DNA of 35,579 nt from the IMG/VR virus record IMGVR_UViG_3300042879_001731. The stretch is one strand, 5' to 3'. The notes beneath the pieces were generated by a model. That model was not told the origin of the DNA. It saw only the letters and a list, made by a program, of their open reading frames with translations, and ran no database searches. A program made the position numbers and the translations under genes. Position 1 is the stretch's first letter; the number at the start of each line of letters is the position of its first letter. Of this stretch, positions 19,794 to 27,957 are shown piece after piece. The stretch comes from an uncultured virus (IMG/VR IMGVR_UViG_3300042879_001731). Its lineage: Duplodnaviria > Heunggongvirae > Uroviricota > Caudoviricetes.

Positions 19794-20720
19794 CTAATAT
19801 ATTTTGTTTAACACAAATATATCTGAATATATTGAATTCAATGCGTTATTACTACTAAACTGTGCAGTAATATCCAACGTATTGCTTATTGTAGTATTAA
19901 ATGTAGTATTATTGATAGTATTCCAAGCAAATCCCTCTTGAGTTCCTGATGCTGCTTTTAATATATGAAATTGTGCTACACTAACAATAGAAGCTACTCC
20001 GGCTGTTCCAAGAGCTCTTATTGTAAACTGACCAGTAAGATACCATACTTGATTAGTAATTTGAGGCATAGTTAATGGACCTGAATTAGCCAAAACAACA
20101 GATCCAGTTTTTAATCGTATAGTAATAGTGTCATTGTTCTTTGCAGAAATCATTCCTCCCATACTTACCTGAAATGAATCACCAACAGAAAAACCATTTG
20201 CTGGAACAGACAATGTGCCAACTCCTCCATCAATAAGCGTGCCCTCTGATGTAGTTGCAGTTAATATAGGACTGTTTGCAGTTTGAGAAAATAAACCGTA
20301 ATTAGTGGCAGGTATGTTTCCAGGTATAGTTACAATAGTTTTTCCGACTCCATTAGTAGCAGTCACACCAGTGCCTTGAAAATCTATTATTGTATGCTGC
20401 GTCAAGTCAGTACCCTCATCCTGAATAGTGCTATATGCCTGTTGAATTGGAATGCTGACTTGAGTCTTTCCACTTACATCACTAGCCGTAACTCCTCCTC
20501 CAACAAAGTTTAATATATTCCTTTGAGTTAAAGGAACACCTTCGTCTTCTACAGTAGAATAACATTGAACTGTATCAATATTACGCCACTCACTATTACC
20601 ATATAATACAGTTGTGCTAGTAGGAGTTCCGCTGCCTAAAGTAGTTGGATGTAAATAACTATTCTTTGGAAGCTTAATTATCTTACCTAAAACATCTATT
20701 AGCGGACGAATGATTATCAT
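19794..20720 (-). CDS. Secondary tail fibre or decoration protein
   Basis: LGSGTPTSTTVLYG motif and two tandem YSTxxDEGxxLTQxxIxxFxGxGVTA...GKTxVxIP repeats. Confidence 0.65.
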   Translation of the reverse strand: MIIIRPLIDVLGKIIKLPKNSYLHPTTLGSGTPTSTTVLYGNSEWRNIDTVQCYSTVEDEGVPLTQRNILNFVGGGVTASDVSGKTQVSIPIQQAYSTIQDEGTDLTQHTIIDFQGTGVTATNGVGKTIVTIPGNIPATNYGLFSQTANSPILTATTSEGTLIDGGVGTLSVPANGFSVGDSFQVSMGGMISAKNNDTITIRLKTGSVVLANSGPLTMPQITNQVWYLTGQFTIRALGTAGVASIVSVAQFHILKAASGTQEGFAWNTINNTTFNTTISNTLDITAQFSSNNALNSIYSDIFVLNKIY

Positions 20721-20736
20721 ACCGCAAAGATACTAA

Positions 20737-21033
20737 TTACTTAGGATACTCTCCGTTCCACCACTCGTACTCTGAATTGCCAGTCTTGAATTTTATATAA
20801 TGAACGTCATCAGAGTTTATCTCCTCTAATATCTCAGTAACAACAGTAGTCAACCAATAGTCTTGAAAAGAATAAGATCTCGCAGATAAAGACCCTACAA
20901 GCATAGAATAACCAACCGTTGGCTTATAGTCCACTACCTTGTCAAATCTGTTATCATCTCTCCATGCAATAGCTTCGCTCCTTGCACCTGAGTCTCCAGC
21001 TCCGTCTCTTGTTCGTCTTAAATAAAATGCCAT
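20737..21033 (-). CDS. Hypothetical protein
   Basis: 98-aa ORF ending in ...FKTGNSEYEW. Confidence 0.65.
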   Translation of the reverse strand: MAFYLRRTRDGAGDSGARSEAIAWRDDNRFDKVVDYKPTVGYSMLVGSLSARSYSFQDYWLTTVVTEILEEINSDDVHYIKFKTGNSEYEWWNGEYPK

Positions 21034-21100
21034 ATATTATTTAAAATGGTTAATACTGATGAAAAATGGTTAATATGTTGACTGTCATAGGAAAAGTGCT

Positions 21101-21358
21101 TTACAGTACTGCTACAACGTCACGTTCTTGAATAACCGTCAACATCTCTCCGTCTATCTTTAAATCAAAAGCATGAACCTTGTCAAAATATATCTCATCT
21201 CCCTCCTTGATATAATCAACCATAGTTCCTGGTGATAATACTACACCTATCTGATACCTAAATTCAGACATCTCAGCCTGTGATAAAAGAAGACCACCCT
21301 TAGTAGTTGCATCCTCGTTAGATCTCTTGATAAGCAAAAATTTGTTAATCGCGCGCAT
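21101..21358 (-). CDS. groES: Co-chaperonin GroES (cpn10)
   Basis: TTKGGLLL mobile loop, GVVLSPG, IKEGDEIYF, ERDVVAVL. Confidence 0.9.
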   Translation of the reverse strand: MRAINKFLLIKRSNEDATTKGGLLLSQAEMSEFRYQIGVVLSPGTMVDYIKEGDEIYFDKVHAFDLKIDGEMLTVIQERDVVAVL

Positions 21359-21560
21359 TACAGAATGTTTTATTGTACCACTTCATTGCTTCATATTTCT
21401 TTCTATCAGCTTCCATTTCAGCCTCTAAATCAAATGGAATAGATGCATTTTCATAGAACACTTTATGAGTAGTTATGCTCCTATCTCCATTTTCAAACAC
21501 GTGTATGTTTGTGTCTTCAAGATATATAATACCTTTAAACTGAATGCTGTTATTTGTCAT
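21345..21560 (-). CDS. Hypothetical protein between groEL and groES
   Basis: 71 aa, overlaps both neighbours. Confidence 0.5.
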   Translation of the reverse strand: MTNNSIQFKGIIYLEDTNIHVFENGDRSITTHKVFYENASIPFDLEAEMEADRKKYEAMKWYNKTFCNARD

Positions 21561-23136
21561 CTTGTCTCATATTAGTTACAACAACCTCAGTAGATAGTAT
21601 AGTAGTGGCTACAGACACAGCGTTTTTAAGAGCACTCTTAGTTACCTTAGACGGATCTATAACTCCCATCTTAACCATATCTCCATATTTATCGTTCTTT
21701 ACGTCATACCCAAACCCATATACATCTTTGTCAATTATAGGCTGTGATACACTAACTTTATCCAAACCTGCATTCTCAACAATACGAGCAAATGGTGCGG
21801 TAAGTGCCGTCTTTATTATGTCAACGGCAGCCTGATAGTTTATGTCCTCAGCGTTGTCCTTTATCCTCTGAGAGGCATTGATAAGAGCAATACCACCCCC
21901 TGGCAAGATGCCTTCCTCAATAGCTGCAGCTACAGCTCTAACAGCGTCATCAACCCTGTCATACTTCTCCTTCTGCTCAATGTCACTATTGGCCCCTACA
22001 TAAATAACTCCAACACCTCCATCAATATTAGCTATCCTCTCTTGTAAAAACTCCTTCTCATACTGCTGCTTTACCTCAGAATGCTTGTTCTTTATAGACT
22101 CCAAATGCTGATTAACCTCCGTGTCATCAACAGCGTCATGTCGCATGATAATAGTTCTATCCTTTGACACAACTATCTTTGCAGCTCTACCCAACCCATC
22201 AAAATCAATTAGTGACAAATCGTCACCAGTTGACTCAGAATAATATCTAGCACCCAAAACAATAGATAAATCCTTCATCAAATCAGCCTTTCGCCATCCC
22301 ATACTAGGCGGCTGAATATGGCATGCCTTAATATTTCTCTTGGCAACATTCAAATTTAACGCGTTTAACGCGTTCGCGCTCAAATTGCCAATAATAAGTA
22401 TAGGTCGGCCCTGCTGAATGACAGGCATCAAAGCCTTCTCTATAGACTGTAAGTTGTTTATCTCTACATCAGACAGAAGAACATATGGGTTGTCTAACAC
22501 ACTCTCCTCAGTCTCCTCATTTGTGATGAAATACTTACTAGACCATCCCCTGTCGATCTTCATGCCGTGAATAATGTCAATATAGGTTACCGGAGTAGCA
22601 GAGTTCTCCACAGTAACAACGTTAACCTGCTTGAACGCGTCAGCAATAAGGTCTCCAAGCTCCTTGTCATTGTTTGCCGAGATAGCTGCAACGTCATTTA
22701 GTAACTTTTTAGTTACCTTCTTAGATAACTTCTTGTCCAAAAACTCAACAATACCGTCAGTTATCTTGTTCATATGACGAATAACCTCAGTTCGGTTGTG
22801 CTCCTCATCAATATACTCGTCAGCAGCATCTATCAAAGCCTCCGTCAGTACAACGCTAGTTGTCGTTCCATCGCCAGCAACAGTTGATGTCCTGTCAGAT
22901 GCCTGCCTAACCAACTGAACAGCCAAATTCTCCACCGGATCAAATAAATTTATAGTCTTAGCAACAGTAATGCCGTCCTTCGTAACTGTAATACCACCAA
23001 TATGATGCTCTGACTCCAGTAATACAGTCTTGCCTCTAGGTCCTAACGTGCTGCCTACCGCCTTAGCGATCTTGTGAATGCCATTTCTGAGCTTATTTTG
23101 CCCAACATTGTCGAAAAATAACTGCTTAACTATCAT
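21550..23136 (-). CDS. groEL: Chaperonin GroEL (cpn60)
   Basis: TLGPRG, TKDGITVAK, AGDGTTT, PGGG, GVIDPSKVTKSAL; lacks the GGM tail. Confidence 0.97.
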   Translation of the reverse strand: MIVKQLFFDNVGQNKLRNGIHKIAKAVGSTLGPRGKTVLLESEHHIGGITVTKDGITVAKTINLFDPVENLAVQLVRQASDRTSTVAGDGTTTSVVLTEALIDAADEYIDEEHNRTEVIRHMNKITDGIVEFLDKKLSKKVTKKLLNDVAAISANNDKELGDLIADAFKQVNVVTVENSATPVTYIDIIHGMKIDRGWSSKYFITNEETEESVLDNPYVLLSDVEINNLQSIEKALMPVIQQGRPILIIGNLSANALNALNLNVAKRNIKACHIQPPSMGWRKADLMKDLSIVLGARYYSESTGDDLSLIDFDGLGRAAKIVVSKDRTIIMRHDAVDDTEVNQHLESIKNKHSEVKQQYEKEFLQERIANIDGGVGVIYVGANSDIEQKEKYDRVDDAVRAVAAAIEEGILPGGGIALINASQRIKDNAEDINYQAAVDIIKTALTAPFARIVENAGLDKVSVSQPIIDKDVYGFGYDVKNDKYGDMVKMGVIDPSKVTKSALKNAVSVATTILSTEVVVTNMRQDDK

Positions 23137-23187
23137 ATTTAATTTAATTTAGGTGCAAAACTAATGAAATTTACTAAATAATTCCAA

Positions 23188-23499
23188 TTATTTACTAGGA
23201 ATTAAATTATCAGCCCTGTTATTATAATAATCTCCATCTCTTCTTATATACTTGCCATCATGATTATGGAATATCGACACAACCAACCTGGGTATAGACA
23301 TACTTGTCCTCTTTCCATCATCACTCACAAGATTAACATACATCGCTCTAGACCTATTAAAAGTAGGCTTCAAAATAAACTCCTTGCTTATGCGATGAAA
23401 CTTGTCACTGTCAAATTTTCTCTTCAGAGATTTTACCTCCCCAAAGTTTGATACCTTGTAATTTGAAAAACCAGGTATCGGCCTCCACATCTTAATCAT
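23188..23499 (-). CDS. NUMOD4-domain protein with a degenerate HNH remnant
   Basis: WRPIPGFSNYKVSNFGEVKSL; C-terminal DGDYYNNRADNL without the catalytic His. Confidence 0.75.
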   Translation of the reverse strand: MIKMWRPIPGFSNYKVSNFGEVKSLKRKFDSDKFHRISKEFILKPTFNRSRAMYVNLVSDDGKRTSMSIPRLVVSIFHNHDGKYIRRDGDYYNNRADNLIPSK

Positions 23500-23605
23500 T
23501 GTTTTGCGTTTTACTACTCGCGCTTAAAATGAAAAATGAGGAAGGAGTAAACGCTTCACCTTTTCAGTTGGGGATCAATCCAACCTATCCTCACATGCAA
23601 ATGTA
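23500..23605 (-). ncRNA. Candidate three-way-junction cis-regulatory leader (copy A)
   Basis: TACATTTG promoter; P1 TGAGG/CCTCA, ATA, P2 GGTTGG/CCAACT, GAA, P3 AAGG/CCTT. Same architecture as 29426-29494. Confidence 0.6.
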
Positions 23606-23662
23606 ACAACTTTTAGTCAAGTGACAACTTGCTTGGATTCTTTTGACCCTTGAAATTTTCTT

Positions 23663-24322
23663 TTAATCCCATGATGCAAAGGTGGTGATTTTATTTCCTT
23701 TTCTTAAATTCTCATCTGCCCATAGTGGCTGTAGGTTGGTGTAATGGTTCAACTGTAACAAATGTTGCTCGTCTTTTGCTTTCGACACTGGGTATATGTG
23801 GTCGATATGCCAATATCCATGATTCTCCCACGTCATGCCAGGTTTGAATAAAGATTCAAAGTAAGCTTTAAATGTTTCATATTCGCATCCGAGTATGTCG
23901 AACGTGTGACTTTTCTTTTTGTAACCTTGTTTTTTTATAACTGCTTTTATTAGTGATCTTATATTGCATCTCATTCTAAAGTCAACATCCATAGCCATTC
24001 TATTTCGTTTGTATATTCTGTTGTATTCTTTTTTTGAATTACATTTTATTTTTTCTACTACTGGCTCTAATGTCTTTCTTAATTCATATTTTTTTAAATA
24101 TCTATTCTTTTTTACTACTTCTTCCTTTCGTGATTTTTTTGCTAAATCAAGAGCATGTCTATTTTTGTAAGACTCTTTATTTTTTTCTTTGTGTAATTTG
24201 AAATAATTAGACATGCATTTTCCACAATGATTATATCTACCGAATGTTGACGAATCATGTTTTTTAAATTCATCTAATAGTTTTTCTTCGTTGCACTTTG
24301 TGCATTGTTTAAATACCCACAT
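23663..24322 (-). CDS. HNH endonuclease with N-terminal CxxC...CxxC zinc finger (likely start MWVFKQC at 24322)
   Basis: CTKC...CGKC; WHIDHIYP...NHYTNLQPLWADENLRK. Confidence 0.85.
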   Translation of the reverse strand: MWVFKQCTKCNEEKLLDEFKKHDSSTFGRYNHCGKCMSNYFKLHKEKNKESYKNRHALDLAKKSRKEEVVKKNRYLKKYELRKTLEPVVEKIKCNSKKEYNRIYKRNRMAMDVDFRMRCNIRSLIKAVIKKQGYKKKSHTFDILGCEYETFKAYFESLFKPGMTWENHGYWHIDHIYPVSKAKDEQHLLQLNHYTNLQPLWADENLRKGNKITTFASWD

Positions 24323-24431
24323 AATAAAAAATCCTAACAGAATCCAATAGGGTCTCACGTCTATTTTCATCTATTAGGATAATAATGTTTTACAAAGATA
24401 CTATAGTGAGACCGTATCCACAACAAATATA
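24323..24431 (-). ncRNA. Candidate kissing-loop leader RNA of the HNH gene
   Basis: Two hairpins whose loops carry the complementary sequences GGTCTCAC and GTGAGACC. Confidence 0.6.
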
Positions 24432-24467
24432 CAAAATATTATGTTACAAGTACACGAAGTGTTGGCC

Positions 24468-24766
24468 CTGACGGATAAAATGCTCATTTCCAAGCACATT
24501 GACGGAACGAGTATGATTCACTGACGGATTTTCACCAGTATTTACTGGTATACTGACGATATGACGATAAAACTCCAGTTATTATATATATATTATACTT
24601 TTATACCTATTTACCTATTCTATTTAACATAATATTTATTTTTTCTAACCGCTCAATAGGAAATTATCGTCAACTCGTCAAGAACCGCATAAACAGTACA
24701 AAAAACCGTCAGTAGATCATACTTGCTTCGTCAAGATTGTTGATTATCAGCACTTTATCCGTCAGC
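24468..24766. repeat. Symmetric TGACG repeat array around an AT-rich core (origin-like element A)
   Basis: TGACG at 24469, 24500, 24522, 24554, 24562; CGTCA at 24668, 24676, 24707, 24729, 24760. Confidence 0.75.
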
Positions 24767-25097
24767 CAACTAAAAATATAATTTTAATAATTAGCAGATT
24801 CAAATGAAATTCATAATAATCAGCAAAATCCTCAGGCTGGTAAAACTCAAATCCGACATTCAGACCTGTCGGTATCATGTTGTGTATCTCTATAGTCATA
24901 CAACAAAGTTATATATTTTGACTGCATATGCGGAGGGTTTGGATAATATACCCATTTCACGTGATGACCCGTCAAAAGAAAACGACATGAATTTCGCATG
25001 GGGGGTATCCATTTCAAAACTTTCGGCTGAACTTTTTGGCTTTTTGTCTGAGGGGTGTGCCTGTAGGCATGGCTATTTGTTGCACGACCGCCCCTGC

Positions 25098-25203
25098 GGT
25101 ATACATGTCGCGCGCTAGGTATGTGTGTATGCATGTGTATGTGAGCGCATGTATGCCTGTGTGTACGCATGCACGCACGCGCGCCCAGTCGCACGCACGC
25201 GAG
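25098..25203. repeat. Mostly alternating purine-pyrimidine low-complexity tract
   Basis: GTATGTGTGTATGCATGTGTATGTG...GTGTGTACGCATGCACGCACGCGCGC. Confidence 0.7.
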
Positions 25204-25574
25204 ATCTGTAGTCCGTTTCACTTTGTAACCATGTCGACGGAATGCAAGTCTATTTAACATAATGTTACAATGCATGAAGTTAGATTAACATGACTGCCGT
25301 TCGTACTGAATTGCTGACGAAAATTCCGCCCGTTCGTTTTACGCGTTTATACGTCTGAAGGGAAGGAATAACCCCACCCCTCTACCTATCCCTCTTTAAA
25401 CCCATTTAACGCGCTTACATACGCGCGCACGCGTAGGGAGGTCTAACTATCTGATTATCAATATCAAAGCAATGTAATGCAAAATTACTTTATTATTCGT
25501 CGAAATAAATGTATTAATTCATCGATGAAAATATGCCATTCGTCTAAAAAAGTAAAATATTTTCGTTGATATCC

Positions 25575-25604
25575 TTGCAAGTGTTAAAATCTTGCCTACC
25601 TTTG
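25575..25604 (+). promoter_or_regulatory. Early promoter, TTG(-33)...TACCTTTG(-7)
   Basis: TTGC at 25575 and TACCTTTG at 25597-25604; Bacteroidetes primary sigma consensus. Confidence 0.7.
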
Positions 25605-25821
25605 TTTCAAGCAAACGAGCTAAAAACATCAAAAGTCTAAACGTAATTAAAAGGGGGTGACAAAGCCCACCACGGAACAAGACGAGATAAGCAAGTTTGA
25701 AATTCTTTGAAATATTGTAACATGCGTTTCCTGAGGTAACACCAAGGGACAAACAAAGAAGCCCGATGAGATATCGGTCAAGGCTTTGATTAAATGGTAA
25801 CTTTTCACGCATGGGGTTACG

Positions 25822-25870
25822 CCGTCACAAAGTGAGTACTTTGTCTGATGAGTTCAAAAGAACGAAACGG
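25822..25870 (+). ncRNA. Type III hammerhead ribozyme; predicted cleavage after C25826 (GUC)
   Basis: Stem III CCGT/ACGG; stem I ACAAAGT-gagt-ACTTTGT; core CTGATGA; stem II GTTC-aaaa-GAAC; core GAAA. All conserved nucleotides are present. Confidence 0.92.
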
Positions 25871-25898
25871 GTTAACAAACAATTTAAATTTTTGAGTC

Positions 25899-25961
25899 AT
25901 GTGGATTATATTAATAGTTTTATTTGCCTATGTAGGTAAGTTAATAAATGAGAGTAAATAA
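25899..25961 (+). CDS. Possible 20-aa membrane peptide MWIILIVLFAYVGKLINESK
   Basis: Shares the TTTGAGTCATG start context with the next gene. Confidence 0.4.
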   Translation: MWIILIVLFAYVGKLINESK

Positions 25962-25979
25962 CAATAAATTCTTTGAGTC

Positions 25980-26687
25980 ATGAAAGCAATTTTTAGAAAT
26001 GAGAATACTATTCAGGTATTCAGATTTGACACTACGTCAAACGACAAAATCGAAGCTAACAAGAAAAGAAAGATAGTTCAATCGTATACATTCAGTCATA
26101 AACAATACGAACTAATTTTAAACGGCACAAATGAGGGGATGCGAATGTTTTTCAGCAATGCCGATAGTAATTGTTTAGACTGTCCATTCAACGAATTTGG
26201 AAAATGCTATACGCACAAGTTCAATCAGTATGTCGGATTTGTATCCATGCTCAAAAGTATAGCTTCAGAGTATGGACAATTTGAAAACATCCCGACATTT
26301 AGCCGTGAAATTCACAGACAAATAGTAAAGATGTCACAGGGAACTTACGTTCGATTTGGGACATATGGCGAACCATCTATACATCCATTGCAATTAATAA
26401 AGGACGTTATCAAGGTAGCTAATAACCATACTGGTTATACTCACCAATGGGACAAAAAACCTGAATTATCGTCGGTATTCATGGCATCAACACATGACGC
26501 AGTTAATGAACGCATTGCAAGAGACAAGGGCTTCCGTTCATTCATTGCTACAGACAAGCCAATTGAGGGGGCTGTAAATTGTCCCGCTAGTAAGGAATCC
26601 GGATACAAAAGTCACTGCTCAAAATGTGGTTTGTGTAGTGGTTCGGAGGGCAAAGGAAACAAATCGGTTTACATTTTAATGCATTAA
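25980..26687 (+). CDS. Cys-rich putative Fe-S protein (radical-SAM-like / gp88-like early phage protein)
   Basis: CLDCPF....CY, VRFGTYGEP, GYTHQW, CPAS...CSKCGLC. Confidence 0.6.
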   Translation: MKAIFRNENTIQVFRFDTTSNDKIEANKKRKIVQSYTFSHKQYELILNGTNEGMRMFFSNADSNCLDCPFNEFGKCYTHKFNQYVGFVSMLKSIASEYGQFENIPTFSREIHRQIVKMSQGTYVRFGTYGEPSIHPLQLIKDVIKVANNHTGYTHQWDKKPELSSVFMASTHDAVNERIARDKGFRSFIATDKPIEGAVNCPASKESGYKSHCSKCGLCSGSEGKGNKSVYILMH

Positions 26688-26690
26688 GTC

Positions 26691-26870
26691 ATGAAATCAG
26701 TCAGCAATTACGAATACACGACGAGGGCAAAGGTCATCAACAAGGATATGCCCTCATACGGGAAGATAGTTAACATAATTAAGAAGGTCAATAGGTTTAA
26801 ATATCTGATAGAGTATACGCCTGGGGGTCGGTCTTACTACATGGATGTAGATAGTTTGGAATTAATTTAA
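26691..26870 (+). CDS. Small hypothetical protein (59 aa, not in ORF track)
   Basis: MKSVSNYEYTTRAKVINKDMPSYGKIV...DSLELI fills the gap between neighbours. Confidence 0.6.
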   Translation: MKSVSNYEYTTRAKVINKDMPSYGKIVNIIKKVNRFKYLIEYTPGGRSYYMDVDSLELI

Positions 26871-26882
26871 ATTTTAGAAATC

Positions 26883-27116
26883 ATGGAATTAAGTAGAGAG
26901 ATTGCAATAGCAAACGCAAAGTTAGTATTGAAACAAGCGGGATATTTTGTAGATAATTTGTGGACAATTCAAGATGTCCAGGATAGGTTTGAGTGCGATG
27001 ATAATACCGCGCAAGGTATATTGTATGATGCGTTAACGAATGAATATATTATAGAGAGAATATTTTCTCAGATAATAGATTATGCTGAATGTGAAAACTT
27101 AAAAGAAAAGGAGTAA
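26883..27116 (+). CDS. Hypothetical early protein
   Basis: 77-aa ORF with the repeated start motif. Confidence 0.7.
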   Translation: MELSREIAIANAKLVLKQAGYFVDNLWTIQDVQDRFECDDNTAQGILYDALTNEYIIERIFSQIIDYAECENLKEKE

Positions 27117-27140
27117 AAATAAATTTAAAATTTAGAAAAT

Positions 27141-27521
27141 ATGGGATTTTTTAGTTGGAAGACAGTTGATACTGGCAAGAGTATTGCCAATACATATTCA
27201 AGAAAGAAGACGTTCACGGTGTTCATGGTTGCACCTAGCAATGGCTACGATGCATTGGAGGTATTCCGTGAGGACGACTACAATGGCTATGGTATATTCG
27301 GTGGCAAGGACTACTATGAATTGTTAGCAGAGATTAATGGGTTCACTGAGAAGGATGATTGTGAACTTAGGGATGTAGGGATCAATTTAGAGTTTCATCC
27401 CGAAAAATTTAATTTAGATAAACCAATTATTTTTCCGCAGTTATTTGAGGCCGTTCCGATTAGAGAGATAAACTTTGAGGTTAAGCCGCCTAGCTGCCCA
27501 GACCAAGGATATTTTTATTAA
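27141..27521 (+). CDS. Hypothetical early phage protein
   Basis: MGFFSWKT...YNGYGIFGGKDYYELLAEIN...CPDQGYFY. Confidence 0.75.
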   Translation: MGFFSWKTVDTGKSIANTYSRKKTFTVFMVAPSNGYDALEVFREDDYNGYGIFGGKDYYELLAEINGFTEKDDCELRDVGINLEFHPEKFNLDKPIIFPQLFEAVPIREINFEVKPPSCPDQGYFY

Positions 27522-27535
27522 TTAAACTTAGGTAC

Positions 27536-27727
27536 ATGAAAAAATTAAAAGACATCAGAGAAGGAGCTATAGTTAGATACAGAAATAGCAACTTAGAGTA
27601 TTACATCAGAGGAAAAGCTAAAAATGGGCGTGTACATCTTAAGTGTTTTACGCTTATACATGAGAGATACTCTCACTTGGATTGCTATCCGAAGAAAGAA
27701 GAGAACGTTGAACTATTTAAATTTTAG
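27536..27727 (+). CDS. Hypothetical protein
   Basis: 63-aa ORF within the operon. Confidence 0.6.
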   Translation: MKKLKDIREGAIVRYRNSNLEYYIRGKAKNGRVHLKCFTLIHERYSHLDCYPKKEENVELFKF

Positions 27728-27732
27728 AAATC

Positions 27733-27957
27733 ATGAGAGAGAAAATTTTGCAAAAAGGAGGCCGTATTTTTTCGGTTACCTTCATTAAGAAAGATGGAAC
27801 GGTTAGACGAATGGCAGCAAGGTTGGGAGTTCGTAAGGGAGTTAAGGGAGTAGGCTTAAAATTCGATCCTTCAGAACGTGGTTTAATGGTTGTGTTTGAT
27901 ATGCACAAAAGAGAATTTAGAATGATTAATTTAAACACTATAATTGAATTGAGATGA
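27733..27957 (+). CDS. SH3-like / WYL_2 (DUF2693-like) protein
   Basis: FSVTFIKKDGTVRRM...VVFDMHKREFRMIN pattern. Confidence 0.65.
   Translation: MREKILQKGGRIFSVTFIKKDGTVRRMAARLGVRKGVKGVGLKFDPSERGLMVVFDMHKREFRMINLNTIIELR

Noticed and set aside
13942..20720. Diversity-generating retroelement targeting the tail fibres
   Set aside because: No reverse transcriptase and no adenine-variant template/variable repeat pair was seen. The internal repeats are diverged protein modules.
2239..24170. Many short antisense or alternate-frame ORFs inside capsid, portal, terL, fibre, groEL and HNH genes
   Set aside because: These are shadow ORFs fully overlapping well-supported genes.
25640..25800. Twister or pistol ribozyme (GGTGACAAAGCCC; TTAAATGG and AAGCCC fragments)
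   Set aside because: The required pseudoknots and conserved order could not be assembled by eye.
24804..25812. ORF-track ORFs 24804, 24847, 25036 and 25519
   Set aside because: They arise from low-complexity alternating repeats or lie antisense to the promoter and structured leader. Their composition is not protein-like.
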